Shown here: piece after piece, positions 45,897 to 58,422 of the stretch | How positions within the stretch are numbered: the first letter of the stretch is position 1 | Layout: every line of letters begins with the position of its first letter | DNA from: Simkaniaceae bacterium | GTDB lineage: Bacteria; Chlamydiota; Chlamydiia; Chlamydiales; Simkaniaceae | Reading direction: 5' to 3' | DNA length: 64,000 nt | Assembly (NCBI GenBank): GCA_018062315.1 | Contig: JAGOSM010000001.1 | Span: 12,529 to 76,528, forward strand | Notes under the pieces: generated by a model | What the model saw: only the letters and a program-made list of their open reading frames with translations | The model's database searches: none | What the model was told of the DNA's origin: nothing | Program-made: the position numbers and the translations under genes

Positions 45897-46406
45897 TTAT
45901 TTATTTTTTCCATTAGGTGCAATCACCATGGATAGCACCTTTCCCATCAACTTAGGATGGGCTTCACAGATACCAATATCTGTAAGATCTGTGACAAAAC
46001 GCTGCATTACACTGCGACCCACTTCTGGGTGGGTGATTTCTCTTCCCCGAAACATACAAGAGAATCTCACCTTGTTGCCCCGCTCGATAAATTCACGCGC
46101 ATGTCGAAGCTTGGTTTGGTAATCGTGCTCGTCGATATTCGGCTTGCACTTTACCTCTTTCATCTTACCCTGCTGAGCCTGGGTCCGCTTCTGTTCTTTC
46201 TCTTTTTTCGTCTGCTCATAACGAAACTTTCCGTAATCAATGATCTTGCAAACAGGAGGCTCTGCTCTCGGTGAAATTTCTACAAGATCTAAGCCGGCTT
46301 CTTCAGCCATCCTCATTGCGTCACTTGTCACAACGATCCCCACTTGTTTCCCATCTTGGTCGATGAGTCGCACTCGGGGAATGCGGATTTGTCTATTAAC
46401 TCTCAA
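45897..46406 (-). CDS. infC: translation initiation factor IF-3
   Basis: NRQIRIPRVRLIDQDGKQVGIV and EPPVCKIIDYGKFRYE. There is no in-frame ATG at the N-terminus. TTG at 46406 is preceded by AGGAGA, and an alternative ATT lies at 46421. Confidence 0.9.
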   Translation of the reverse strand: MRVNRQIRIPRVRLIDQDGKQVGIVVTSDAMRMAEEAGLDLVEISPRAEPPVCKIIDYGKFRYEQTKKEKEQKRTQAQQGKMKEVKCKPNIDEHDYQTKLRHAREFIERGNKVRFSCMFRGREITHPEVGRSVMQRFVTDLTDIGICEAHPKLMGKVLSMVIAPNGKNK

Positions 46407-46461
46407 AGTTCTCCTGTCAATTTTTGAATCACTATACTACACTCTTTGAATTAAATGCTAA

Positions 46462-46535
46462 TGGGATATAGCTGACTCGAACAGCTGACCTCCACCATGT
46501 CAAGGTGGCGCTCTAACCAACTGAGCTAATACCCC
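46462..46535 (-). tRNA. tRNA-Val(GAC)
   Basis: Minus strand reads GGGGTATTAGCTCAGTTGGTTAGAGCGCCACCTTGACATGGTGGAGGTCAGCTGTTCGAGTCAGCTATATCCCA. The anticodon loop is TTGACAT and no CCA is encoded. Confidence 0.9.
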
Positions 46536-46561
46536 AATAAACGTAAAAAATGTTACACTAG

Positions 46562-47137
46562 ATGACAAAAAGAAATCAACATCTATCTCTTGCTCATGCA
46601 CTTTGGAAGTCCCATCTCTCAAAAAATGACCTTGTTATTGATGCGACTGCAGGTAATGGGCATGATAGTCTCTTCCTCTCTACCCTAGGAGTCCATCTTT
46701 ATGTGATGGATATCCAAGAAAAAGCTTTACAAACGACAAAAGAGCGCCTTGCCCACTACCCCCATACCCACTACTTTCTCCAATCTCACGCCACATTTCC
46801 CTCTCTCCCGAGCCCCCCCAAACTCATTATCTATAATCTAGGATATCTCCCTGGAGGAGATAAAACAGTAACTACCCAAACATCCTCCACCTTACAAAGT
46901 CTTGAAGCTGCCACCTCACTCCTCCTCCCTGGAGCCCTTATTACTGTGATGTGTTATAGTGGCCATGCTGAAGGAGCGAAGGAAGAAAAAGAACTGATCT
47001 CTTTCTACTCCGCTCTCAAAGGGTGGGAAGTGACTCATCACAGGTGGCTTAAGCACTCTCATGCACCATCCCTTATTAAATTAAAAAAAAATTATGATCT
47101 TCCAGATATTAAAGAAATCGATTATACCCCTATTTAA
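46562..47137 (+). CDS. class I SAM-dependent methyltransferase (putative rRNA/tRNA methylase, YtqB-like)
   Basis: VIDATAGNGHDSLFL (SAM motif I), YNLGYLPGGDK and VMCYSGHAEG blocks. Confidence 0.7.
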   Translation: MTKRNQHLSLAHALWKSHLSKNDLVIDATAGNGHDSLFLSTLGVHLYVMDIQEKALQTTKERLAHYPHTHYFLQSHATFPSLPSPPKLIIYNLGYLPGGDKTVTTQTSSTLQSLEAATSLLLPGALITVMCYSGHAEGAKEEKELISFYSALKGWEVTHHRWLKHSHAPSLIKLKKNYDLPDIKEIDYTPI

Positions 47138-47138
47138 G

Positions 47139-47531
47139 ATGGAATGTATCAGAGAAAGTTTAAGCTGGGATGAACTAAGACAATTTTCAGAAGAGATTCA
47201 TGGACATAAACTCCCCCCTGCTACTCACCCTACCGAAAGACCTGAGGTCGTAGAAATTGCACTCGAAATGATCGATATGGCGTCAGGATTTTATTTAAAT
47301 ACAGATTTTTCTCTACAAGAAGCTTTTTTTCGATTAAAAGCCCTCTCTTCTGACGTCAAAATTCCCCTAAACCACTTTCTCCATACACGAGGGCTCAAGC
47401 TCGATCAAATTGAAGATGGGGTCATGATTGCCAGAACGCTTACCGAATTCGTCAATGATATTCTCATCCAGAATGGACAAGGAGCTCCCTCTGATAAAGA
47501 GCTAGAGCTTCTTTTCTGCATGGATGCATAA
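47139..47531 (+). CDS. hypothetical protein
   Basis: ATG at 47139 (MECIRESLSW), 1 nt after the upstream stop. The 3' end overlaps the convergent folC-like gene by 68 nt. Confidence 0.45.
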   Translation: MECIRESLSWDELRQFSEEIHGHKLPPATHPTERPEVVEIALEMIDMASGFYLNTDFSLQEAFFRLKALSSDVKIPLNHFLHTRGLKLDQIEDGVMIARTLTEFVNDILIQNGQGAPSDKELELLFCMDA

Positions 47532-48429
47532 TATAAAAAGAGCCACAAATGAGAAGCGTTGCCCCCGCTTCCTTGGCTCTAAACCATTCTTCTTCAAAAG
47601 ATCTCATGGTTTCATACGGTGCATCGATTCGAATCAGGCGATAATGTCCTTCTTGGATTAGGACAATTCTTTCTCCCCTTTTTTCAAGGAGCGGAAGACA
47701 TCCTATCCTATTTCTCTCTTTAGAGGATCCGTAAATGACATGAATTTTTCCCTCAATCTGAGAGAGCAACCTTTCCATGGCATGAGGATTATGAGCCACA
47801 TCAAAAAGAGCATGCCCAATCTTTTCAAAGCGGCAGAAAAGTACCTCATCAAGCCCTGGATTAGGAGCGATTCCCAACTCTTTCAGAGCACAGGCGGCAA
47901 TCTCCCAATTTTCCTCCTGAAATGTTGCTCTTCTCGGAGCACGGATTAATTTATGAGCTTTATTCACAATACAAGGATACTCGATTCCAGGGCCAATGAC
48001 GACAGGAGCTTCTCCTTTAATAATACCCGATTTATTTTCTGCAATTTCCTCAAGAGTTTCACCCAGATATTCTTGATGATCATACCCAATAGAGGTGATA
48101 ATAGAAAGGATGGGAGTCACCGAATTAGTCACATCGTGAGATCCCCCAATCCCCACTTCAATCACGGCATATTCCACATCTTCCTCAGTAAAATAAGCAA
48201 AAGCAATTTCAGTAAGACGAGAAAAAAAATAGGGAGGATCTAGGGGAAGATCTGTCAGATACTTGGATGGAATAGGGACTCCATTGATTTGGATTCTTTC
48301 ATTCACCTGCTCTATATGAGGAGAAGTATAAAGACCCACTTTTTTCCCTGCATATTGCAAAGCCCGTGCAATTTTCAAGGAAACGGTCCCTTTCCCATTC
48401 GTTCCTGTAATATGAATCACTTTACGCAT
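47464..48429 (-). CDS. folC: Mur-ligase-family folylpolyglutamate/dihydrofolate synthase-like protein (short)
   Basis: IHITGTNGKGTVS P-loop, GLYTSPH and VIEVGIGG. At 321 aa it is shorter than typical FolC at both ends. Confidence 0.7.
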   Translation of the reverse strand: MRKVIHITGTNGKGTVSLKIARALQYAGKKVGLYTSPHIEQVNERIQINGVPIPSKYLTDLPLDPPYFFSRLTEIAFAYFTEEDVEYAVIEVGIGGSHDVTNSVTPILSIITSIGYDHQEYLGETLEEIAENKSGIIKGEAPVVIGPGIEYPCIVNKAHKLIRAPRRATFQEENWEIAACALKELGIAPNPGLDEVLFCRFEKIGHALFDVAHNPHAMERLLSQIEGKIHVIYGSSKERNRIGCLPLLEKRGERIVLIQEGHYRLIRIDAPYETMRSFEEEWFRAKEAGATLLICGSFYIMHPCRKEALALYQRELLVHSG

Positions 48430-48434
48430 AAATT

Positions 48435-49232
48435 CTAAAAAGAGAAAAAGGTAGCTTTATCCACCGTTGCAAGGCCAAGAGGAACATCGGACATTCTAGC
48501 TCCATGAAAATCAGACCCCCCACTGACTAACCACCGACGCTCTAGAGCAACTCTTCTCCATTTTTCCTTAATTTCATTTGAAAAGTTCCCATAATAACAT
48601 TCAATCCCATCAAAATCCATCGTTAATAGATCTCGTAATTTTTTTTGATTTTTAATCAAAGCAGGATGGGCAAGAAATGCTTTTCCTCCCGCTTCATGAA
48701 TAAGATCTAGCGTCTCCTGCACAGAGAAAAGCTCTCCAATGACATAGCAAGATTGCTGATCTCCCAGGTACAGTTGAAACGCCTCTTTCATCGTTTTAAC
48801 ATACCCCTTAGCTACCATTTGTTCCGCAATATGGGGACGCCCTATCGTTCCTTTTCCCAAAAGCTCACTTTCTTTGATATCCATCCCTTCTTTCTTTAAT
48901 TTGTCTAACATCCCCAACGTACGTCTATGCCGTCTGTGTTGATGCTCAGCACAAAAATCCCTCATTAACTTGCTATCACTCGGGAAACTATACCCAAGCA
49001 CATGAACACTCTCCTCCTGATGCTGGGCAGAAAGTTCTACTCCTGTTTTCAAAAAAAGCTGCAACTCCTCTGCAAGAGAAAATAAGGATGGAGTATAGGC
49101 GTCAATCGTATCGTGATCAGTAATAGATAGGGCGGATAACCCTATTTCTTTTGCTAGGTGAAGCACTTCAGTAGGAGTTAGCGTACCATCTGAACATGTT
49201 GTATGAATGTGTAAATCGGCTTTAAACGTCAT
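48435..49232 (-). CDS. PHP-domain metal-dependent phosphoesterase (TrpH/YciV-like)
   Basis: ADLHIHTTCSDGT, SITDHDT, AHP and GGSDFHG motifs. Confidence 0.85.
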   Translation of the reverse strand: MTFKADLHIHTTCSDGTLTPTEVLHLAKEIGLSALSITDHDTIDAYTPSLFSLAEELQLFLKTGVELSAQHQEESVHVLGYSFPSDSKLMRDFCAEHQHRRHRRTLGMLDKLKKEGMDIKESELLGKGTIGRPHIAEQMVAKGYVKTMKEAFQLYLGDQQSCYVIGELFSVQETLDLIHEAGGKAFLAHPALIKNQKKLRDLLTMDFDGIECYYGNFSNEIKEKWRRVALERRWLVSGGSDFHGARMSDVPLGLATVDKATFFSF

Positions 49233-49255
49233 GTGAGTCTATTATAAAAAAAAAT

Positions 49256-50140
49256 TTAATTAAGGCAATGCCCTTCTACATCAATAAAACGGGCCTCAAG
49301 GCTCAGGTGAACCCCCGTGATATGAGCGACTTCTTGCTGCACTTTTTTAGCCAAATCCAGGACATCCTGCTGAGTGGCTTGCCCTACATTAACAATAAAA
49401 TTGGCATGAAGAGAGGAAACCTCAGCCCCTCCTACTCGGAGCCCCTTTAGCTTACATTGATCAATAAGGGCTCCCGCACTCCCTTCAAGGGGATTACGAA
49501 AAATACACCCAGCAGAAGGATCTTTATAGGGTTGTGTTTTCATCCGGTACTCAATTAAAGCCCTTTGATCTTGTTTAGCTGATGGGGAAGGCGTCAATTT
49601 AAAACGGGCAGCAATAATCATCCCCTTATGATCTTGAAAGGGGGAATGGCGATAGGCAAACTGAAGGTCATTTTTGAGATAGGTAGAACGCTCTCCCGAC
49701 AAATGGAGATAATCGACATCCACAAGGGGATCTTTCGTTTCTTGTCCCCCAGCCCCTGCATTCATAAAGACAGCCCCTCCTACAGTTCCAGGGATGCCAG
49801 ATGCAAATTCCAAGCCCGATAGTCCCTGTCTAGAAAGGCGGGTACCGAGGAGAGAAAAACTGTACCCACTCCCTACTCGGACCTCATTTTCTTCCATAAA
49901 AAATTGATCCAATTTATTCAAAATCACCACCCCGTAAAAACCCCGATCATCAAAAATGGTATTTGATCCCTTGCCTAGAATGTAATAGGGGAGATGAGTG
50001 TCTCGAATAAACTGAAAGACTTGTTGGAGAAGCTCTACTGTTCTAACTTCGACAAAATAAGGACATTCCCCACCAATTAAAAAGGTGGAAACCTCACTTA
50101 AGTTCTTCTTTTGAAAGGGTATCGAGGATGGCATTGACAT
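49256..50140 (-). CDS. murB: UDP-N-acetylenolpyruvoylglucosamine reductase
   Basis: FLIGG, ILGKGSNTIF, GIPGTVGGAVFMNAGA and SAGCIFRNP. The start is uncertain (in-frame ATGs at 50134, 50140, 50155 and 50191) and the track start overlaps nusB. Confidence 0.88.
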   Translation of the reverse strand: MSMPSSIPFQKKNLSEVSTFLIGGECPYFVEVRTVELLQQVFQFIRDTHLPYYILGKGSNTIFDDRGFYGVVILNKLDQFFMEENEVRVGSGYSFSLLGTRLSRQGLSGLEFASGIPGTVGGAVFMNAGAGGQETKDPLVDVDYLHLSGERSTYLKNDLQFAYRHSPFQDHKGMIIAARFKLTPSPSAKQDQRALIEYRMKTQPYKDPSAGCIFRNPLEGSAGALIDQCKLKGLRVGGAEVSSLHANFIVNVGQATQQDVLDLAKKVQQEVAHITGVHLSLEARFIDVEGHCLN

Positions 50141-50489
50141 AAGATCCCCCCTCATGAGTTCCGTACTTGCGCGTAAGTCTAATGGCTTCACTAATTGCTA
50201 CTTTTAAAGGGATTTCATCATCATAAACCATTTCAAAAACGGCCAATCTCAAAACATTTTTTTCAATCGCCGAAATGCGGCTAAAAACATAGTCTTTAGA
50301 GAAGGTTGTAATCCATTCATCAATTTTCGGCAAATGACAAACGATTTTTTTAAATCTCTCTTCGATAGGAAGAAGATCTCCCTTATGTTGGGGGTGAAGC
50401 TCTTCTATCTCAAAATCATGATTAAAATCATGAGCATAAAGGGTTTGCAGAACAAGTTCTCTAAATTGCTTCTTGGGCATCTCACGCAT
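50094..50489 (-). CDS. nusB: transcription antitermination factor NusB
   Basis: 131 aa with R.L.LQ.LY, E..ILR.A..E and NA.LD-like blocks. Confidence 0.8.
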   Translation of the reverse strand: MREMPKKQFRELVLQTLYAHDFNHDFEIEELHPQHKGDLLPIEERFKKIVCHLPKIDEWITTFSKDYVFSRISAIEKNVLRLAVFEMVYDDEIPLKVAISEAIRLTRKYGTHEGGSYVNAILDTLSKEELK

Positions 50490-50515
50490 ATGGTGAAGTA
50501 TACCTCTTTATTCAA

Positions 50516-51115
50516 TTATACACCAGCCAAACAGGCGTAGAGCGCCTCTATGGCAGACTTGAGTTTCATATGGCAAAAAATAGCCTCCCTCACCTGCTCC
50601 ACTTTATGGGAAGCTCTAGGGGAATCTTTGTGATTTTGAAAAATTTCCTCTAATAATCGGTCCACTTCAAGAGCCCATTGATAGGGGTGGGTTTCCCTTA
50701 GCTTTTCGATCTCTTCAAGAGATAGTGGCGGGGTTGTTTTGGAAGAAAGACAGGGCACTTTGACAGCTCGTGACCGAATCGTGGGGAGAATAGATTCTAA
50801 ATCTGAAGTCAAAAGGAGAATGATAGTGGTTTCTAGGGGCTCTTCTAATGTTTTAAGAAGGGCGTTAGCGCTACTTGGCAACATTCTCTCAGCCCCATGC
50901 ACAATCAACACTTTATACGCCGACTCAAAAGGGAGGGTCATCGCTTCCTGAATCAACTGTTTCATGGAAGCCATGGGGTGCATCGCACTTTTTCCTTCGG
51001 GAAAATATTCAAAGAGATTATGGGTATTTCCCTGCAAATATTCCTTTGCAAGGGCTTTTGCCCTCTCCTCTTTATCAGAATGAATAGGTCCAAAAAAAAG
51101 TCTTACATGGGACAT
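50516..51115 (-). CDS. holB: DNA polymerase III delta-prime subunit (short)
   Basis: LPSSANALLKTLEEP and TIRSR blocks. The P-loop region is degenerate, as expected for delta-prime. Confidence 0.75.
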   Translation of the reverse strand: MSHVRLFFGPIHSDKEERAKALAKEYLQGNTHNLFEYFPEGKSAMHPMASMKQLIQEAMTLPFESAYKVLIVHGAERMLPSSANALLKTLEEPLETTIILLLTSDLESILPTIRSRAVKVPCLSSKTTPPLSLEEIEKLRETHPYQWALEVDRLLEEIFQNHKDSPRASHKVEQVREAIFCHMKLKSAIEALYACLAGV

Positions 51116-51741
51116 ATGGTGCGACCGAGTTTACCATTTACCGCTTCCATCGTCAATTTAAAGACAGCTTCTGGAGATCGAGACGCGTCAAGAGAGACAA
51201 TCCGGTCTTCGTGTTGCTTGGCAAGATGTAAAAATCCCTCCCTTACTTTTTCATGAAATTGGTTCCCCTCAGACTCCATCCGATCTTTTTTCCGATGAAT
51301 GCGGGAAAATCCAAGATGGGGATCTATATCGAGATAGATCGTAAGATGGGGCTCCAAATCATGAGCTGCAAAAGAACAGAGCTGACTGATATCGAGTTCG
51401 CGAGCGGCCCCTTGATAAGCAAGGGTAGAATCGGTATACCGATCACATAAAACAATTTTATTTGCTTCTAAAGCAGGAAGAATAACCGAGTGAACATGTT
51501 CAGCCCGGTCGGCTAGAAACAAAAGAACCTCGGTGCGAGGGGAAAGGGTTTCTGACTCCAGGAGCAGCTTTCGGAGCTGCTGCCCTATCAGAGACCCCCC
51601 CGGTTCTCTTGTCTTAATGACGTCAAAGCCCTTCTTGACCAGGGCATCAAAAACCCGGAGCATAAGGGTCGATTTACCCGCCCCCTCACATCCTTCAAAA
51701 GTGATGAAAAGCCCCTCAGCTGTTTTCATCTTCTCCTTCAA
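51103..51741 (-). CDS. tmk: thymidylate kinase
   Basis: FITFEGCEGAGKST P-loop, TREPGG and DRY motifs. Confidence 0.9.
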   Translation of the reverse strand: MKEKMKTAEGLFITFEGCEGAGKSTLMLRVFDALVKKGFDVIKTREPGGSLIGQQLRKLLLESETLSPRTEVLLFLADRAEHVHSVILPALEANKIVLCDRYTDSTLAYQGAARELDISQLCSFAAHDLEPHLTIYLDIDPHLGFSRIHRKKDRMESEGNQFHEKVREGFLHLAKQHEDRIVSLDASRSPEAVFKLTMEAVNGKLGRTICPM

Positions 51742-54175
51742 TATGCTCTACTTTTTGCATTCCCATGATGAGGTCATCAAGTTTAAGATGAACGACACGT
51801 ACCCCTTGAGTTGATCTACCCATCACCCTGATGTCTTTCATATTCATTCGGACTGTTTGTCCTGCACTCGACATCATAATGACACTGTCTAGATCCCCAA
51901 CAGAAAGAGCTCCTATGACATATCCATTCCGTTTATTGACAATGATGGAACGAACTCCCACACTGCCTCGATTAGTTTGTCTAAACTCTTCGACTTTTGA
52001 ACGTTTGCCATATCCGTTTTCACAAACCACAAGAAGAGTTTCATCTCCTTTCACAACAATACAGGAGACAACGCAATCCTTCTCATCTTTCAGTCTAATA
52101 CCACGTACGCCGCGGGCCATTCTTCCGATGGGACGAGCTTGATCTTCGTTGAAGCGAACCGCCATTCCTTCCCGTGTAAACATCATCACCTGTTCATTTT
52201 CATGAGCAAGGTGCGCTGAAATGACTTCATCCCCTTCATCAATATTAATCGCATAAACCCCTTTACGTCTTGGGTGACTAAACTCCCCAAGGAGGGTTTT
52301 CTTGACGACTCCTTTCTTCGTCGCAAGTAAGATCGACGCTTTTTCCTCGAAATCCTTAACCCGGAGAACGGTTGCAATTTGCTCTCCCTGGGAAAGTTCT
52401 TCAAGGAAAGTAACAAGAGGTTTCCCTTTAGTTCGTCTTCCTGTTTCTGGAATCTGCCAAGCTTTCAACCAGTAGACTCTTCCAAAATTAGTAAAAATCA
52501 TGAGGTGATCATGGGTTGTTGCAACATAAACCCCTTTGAGCACATCAGATTCTTTTTTCATATCCATGCCGATAACACCCTGACCACCCCTTCTTTGCTC
52601 TTTAAAGGCAGCAACGGGCATTCGTTTGATGTAGTCATCATTAGAAATCGTAATAATAATGGACTCATTAGGAATCAGATCTTCCATCTGATATTCCCCT
52701 TCAGCAGCCATGATTTCGGTCTTACGAGGAGAACTCTCGTGTTGCTGAATTTCGGTCAACTCATCTTTGATAATCCCACGCACAAGCATTTCATCCGCAA
52801 GAACCTTTCTGTAATAGGCAATTTTTTCCTGCAAGCTTCGGTATTCTTCCTCAAGCCTAACTCTCTCAAGACCTGTTAATTGATAAAGGCGAAGCTCTAA
52901 GACCGCTGTTGCTTGTCTATCACTGAGGTCATAAGTGGCCATCAAAATCGATTTGGCATCATCGCGAGACTGACTCGCTTTAATGATTTTGACAACTTCA
53001 TCAAGATGATCAAGCGCTTTTAAATACCCCTCTAAAATATGGGCACGCGCTTCCGCTTTATTGAGCTCAAAACGGGTTCTTGCTCGAATCACTTCGATAC
53101 GGTGTTCAACCCATGCAGCAATGATTTGCTTGATATTCATGGTTCTTGGCAGCCCATTATCGAGGGCAATCATGATACAACCAAAAGTCACCTGCATATC
53201 GGTAAACTTATAAATCTGATTCAGGGTAACGTCGGGGATTTCCCCTTTTTTGAGTTCAAGAACAATCCTCATTCCCTGTTTGTCTGACTCATCCCGAATA
53301 TCAGAAACCCCATTCATCGTCTTTTCATTAATGAGCTCAGCAAGTCGCTCAATCAGACGTGATTTATTCACATTATAAGGGATCTCATCGATGATGATTT
53401 TCTGTTTTTCTCCCTGAGAGGCTTCTTCAACATGCATTTTACCTCGCAGGTAAATTTTGCCCCGACCGGTATGATAGGCCTCTTTAATCCCTCGATAACC
53501 ACAGATCGTTCCCCCTGTAGGAAAATCAGGAGCAGGCATTACTTCCATGATTTCGTCTACGGTTGTCTTAGGATCATCAATAACGAGCATCGTGGCTCTG
53601 ATCAGCTCATCAAGATTATGAGGTGGAATATTTGTCGCCATCCCCACCGCAATCCCAGAGGAACCATTACAGAGAAGATTGGGAAACTTTGCTGGGAATA
53701 CAGTAGGTTCTTTTTTCGTCTCGTCATAGTTAGGAACGTATTCGACCGTATCTTTGTCTAGGTCTTCCATGAGAGCCATCGAAGATCTTGTCAAGCGGGC
53801 CTCTGTATAACGCATCGCAGCAGGGGGGTCTCCATCCACCGATCCAAAGTTTCCCTGCCCTTGAATGAGGGGGTATCTCATCACCCAACCCTGAGCGAGG
53901 CGCACAAGGGTAGGATAAATAACAGACTCTCCGTGGGGGTGGAAATCCCCAGAAGTATCCCCGCAAATCTTAGCGCACTTTCTATGCTTCGCTCCAGGAG
54001 AGAGATTAAGTTGTCTCATTGCATAGAGGAGTCGACGCTGAGAAGGCTTTAATCCATCTCGAACATCAGGCAGCGCACGAGAGATAATGACCGACATGGA
54101 GTAGCGTAAATAGCTCTCCTTCATCTCCTCTTCAACATTGCGTGGAATAATCACTTCATTTTCGGTATATGACAT
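51716..54175 (-). CDS. gyrA: DNA gyrase subunit A
   Basis: [35 protein letters not shown] active-site region and C-terminal beta-pinwheel repeats. Confidence 0.95.
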   Translation of the reverse strand: MSYTENEVIIPRNVEEEMKESYLRYSMSVIISRALPDVRDGLKPSQRRLLYAMRQLNLSPGAKHRKCAKICGDTSGDFHPHGESVIYPTLVRLAQGWVMRYPLIQGQGNFGSVDGDPPAAMRYTEARLTRSSMALMEDLDKDTVEYVPNYDETKKEPTVFPAKFPNLLCNGSSGIAVGMATNIPPHNLDELIRATMLVIDDPKTTVDEIMEVMPAPDFPTGGTICGYRGIKEAYHTGRGKIYLRGKMHVEEASQGEKQKIIIDEIPYNVNKSRLIERLAELINEKTMNGVSDIRDESDKQGMRIVLELKKGEIPDVTLNQIYKFTDMQVTFGCIMIALDNGLPRTMNIKQIIAAWVEHRIEVIRARTRFELNKAEARAHILEGYLKALDHLDEVVKIIKASQSRDDAKSILMATYDLSDRQATAVLELRLYQLTGLERVRLEEEYRSLQEKIAYYRKVLADEMLVRGIIKDELTEIQQHESSPRKTEIMAAEGEYQMEDLIPNESIIITISNDDYIKRMPVAAFKEQRRGGQGVIGMDMKKESDVLKGVYVATTHDHLMIFTNFGRVYWLKAWQIPETGRRTKGKPLVTFLEELSQGEQIATVLRVKDFEEKASILLATKKGVVKKTLLGEFSHPRRKGVYAINIDEGDEVISAHLAHENEQVMMFTREGMAVRFNEDQARPIGRMARGVRGIRLKDEKDCVVSCIVVKGDETLLVVCENGYGKRSKVEEFRQTNRGSVGVRSIIVNKRNGYVIGALSVGDLDSVIMMSSAGQTVRMNMKDIRVMGRSTQGVRVVHLKLDDLIMGMQKVEHIEGEDENS

Positions 54176-54186
54176 ACTTTACAACC

Positions 54187-56673
<2,487 letters not shown>

Positions 56674-56676
56674 TTA

Positions 56677-57003
56677 TTACCCTATGTAAAACACGATATC
56701 TTTGATCGTGAGTGTTGGAAAGCGTCGTTTCAATTCAGAGAGAAGGGCCCCTTTTTCATGCTCCCTCAATAAACTGAGGAGTGTAGCGTTTTTGACCTTT
56801 ACTCTCAATACACCTCTTTCAAAAGAAGTTGCAGCCGTCATGGGAGCTAGTTTTTCACCCACCACTTCAACCCAAGCCCCCATGATCAATTCGCCCCCTT
56901 CTTTAAAGGTACTCGACATCGACTGGAGAACTTCTGGGATCAATTGTTGAATATGCCGAGCAGTGGGTTTAGTCCCTGAATAGTTCTTGGGAATGCGCTT
57001 CAT
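56677..57003 (-). CDS. DUF721 (DciA-like) protein
   Basis: 108 aa immediately upstream of gyrB. W.EVVGEKLAPMT....ERGVLRVKV.NATLLSLL matches the DUF721 pattern. Confidence 0.65.
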   Translation of the reverse strand: MKRIPKNYSGTKPTARHIQQLIPEVLQSMSSTFKEGGELIMGAWVEVVGEKLAPMTAATSFERGVLRVKVKNATLLSLLREHEKGALLSELKRRFPTLTIKDIVFYIG

Positions 57004-57056
57004 TAAGAACGGATGATATCAGATTTTTCTTTGAGATCAAAGGAGAAAATGAGTCA

Positions 57057-58364
57057 TTAAAAAAATACAACCATTGCCCTCTCTTGTCCAAGGCCGGGGT
57101 GAAAATAAGCGATTTCCCCTCCTCTTTTAAGTTCTGAAAAAATGAGCTCAATCATTTTTTGATACACCAATCTGCGATGATGCCAATTTTCTATCTTCAT
57201 CTTATTTTCTTTGAGAAGCCCCTCATAAAAAGGGTCGGTTTCAAAAAAACCTCCCCTAATAAAGCTTCTAAAGGCAGGTATCTCATCTAAAGAAGAGGGG
57301 TACCAATCCCTCATTTTTGTGTGCTGTACAAGCAATGTAATCAATTCATCAAGCAGATGAGCACTCCACTCCTCAAGCAAAGATGAAAACTCTCTAAAAT
57401 TGGGGATCAACGACCTGTATTCCTCCCTTCCTCTAAAAAAAGAGATGAGTTCTACTTGAATGGATCCCCTTCTCTCCTCACTTACTTGAATCGGATGAAA
57501 TGCTTGATCAAGAGAAATTCCCTTACCCTCTATAAACGTTAGGTGGTTAAGGTAAAGAGTTTCAAACCCCTCTATTGCCCTTTGTGCCTGTGTCGCTAAT
57601 GCAGGCTTCCACTCTTCTATACTAGGCAAATAAGTTTTGGCAAGCTCGAAAATTATCTCAAAATGGAACGGAAAAAGGAGAATCGCATGCCTTGTCTGTT
57701 CAAAATAAAAATAAAGATGCTTTGCGCCTACATAAGGTGCAAACGTTTCTAAATCTACCAAACCTATTTTGCCCACCTCTTTCTCTATAAAAGGAACTAG
57801 GTTATCATACCTTCCTGAAGGAACCCCACCAAATGCAGCATAAACACTCCTTCCATCATCCACAATATCTGGAAACTTTGATCGAAAAAGCAACCCTACA
57901 AATTCGGTAATAGCTTGGGTAAATTTCTCTCGATGCGCGATATAAACACCGAGAAACCTCTTAAACTCTTTATTGGCTTCAGGAAGTTTTCGTTCAATCA
58001 ATACCCCTCTATACAATCTTGCTGTTGGAATAATTAAATGGGTGTAGTTTTTTCTTATACAAATTGCCCGAGCAGATTCCATCTTACGCCAGCGACGCAA
58101 CCCCCTACTCTCTCCCGTACATTTGATGACAATAGGTAGTTTATGAGGAAGCAATACCACCGACCTCCCATTCAAAGACTGAGGAAGAGACTTTAACGCA
58201 GTACGGTCATCGATCAATGCCACTGCTTTTTCAAAAAACCGGTAGTGTAACCAAATTTTACGGATATCCTGAGGTTCTCTTCTTACTAAATAACCTCGCC
58301 AAAGACTTTGAATCTTTAATGACGCAGACTCAGGATCAAAATCTGATCTTACAGAAACGATCAT
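57057..58364 (-). CDS. hypothetical protein with an N-terminal IQ motif and protein-kinase-like core
   Basis: Start set at MIVSVRS (ATG 58364) to avoid overlap with divergent ubiE. IQSLWRGYLVRR fits IQxxxRGxxxR. The ordering VIK...E...RYDN...VDLE resembles a kinase fold. Confidence 0.65.
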   Translation of the reverse strand: MIVSVRSDFDPESASLKIQSLWRGYLVRREPQDIRKIWLHYRFFEKAVALIDDRTALKSLPQSLNGRSVVLLPHKLPIVIKCTGESRGLRRWRKMESARAICIRKNYTHLIIPTARLYRGVLIERKLPEANKEFKRFLGVYIAHREKFTQAITEFVGLLFRSKFPDIVDDGRSVYAAFGGVPSGRYDNLVPFIEKEVGKIGLVDLETFAPYVGAKHLYFYFEQTRHAILLFPFHFEIIFELAKTYLPSIEEWKPALATQAQRAIEGFETLYLNHLTFIEGKGISLDQAFHPIQVSEERRGSIQVELISFFRGREEYRSLIPNFREFSSLLEEWSAHLLDELITLLVQHTKMRDWYPSSLDEIPAFRSFIRGGFFETDPFYEGLLKENKMKIENWHHRRLVYQKMIELIFSELKRGGEIAYFHPGLGQERAMVVFF

Positions 58365-58422
58365 GTAAAAAAGGTAAAAGAGTGTTTTATTATAATCAAG
58401 AAATTTGATACAACTCCTACCC

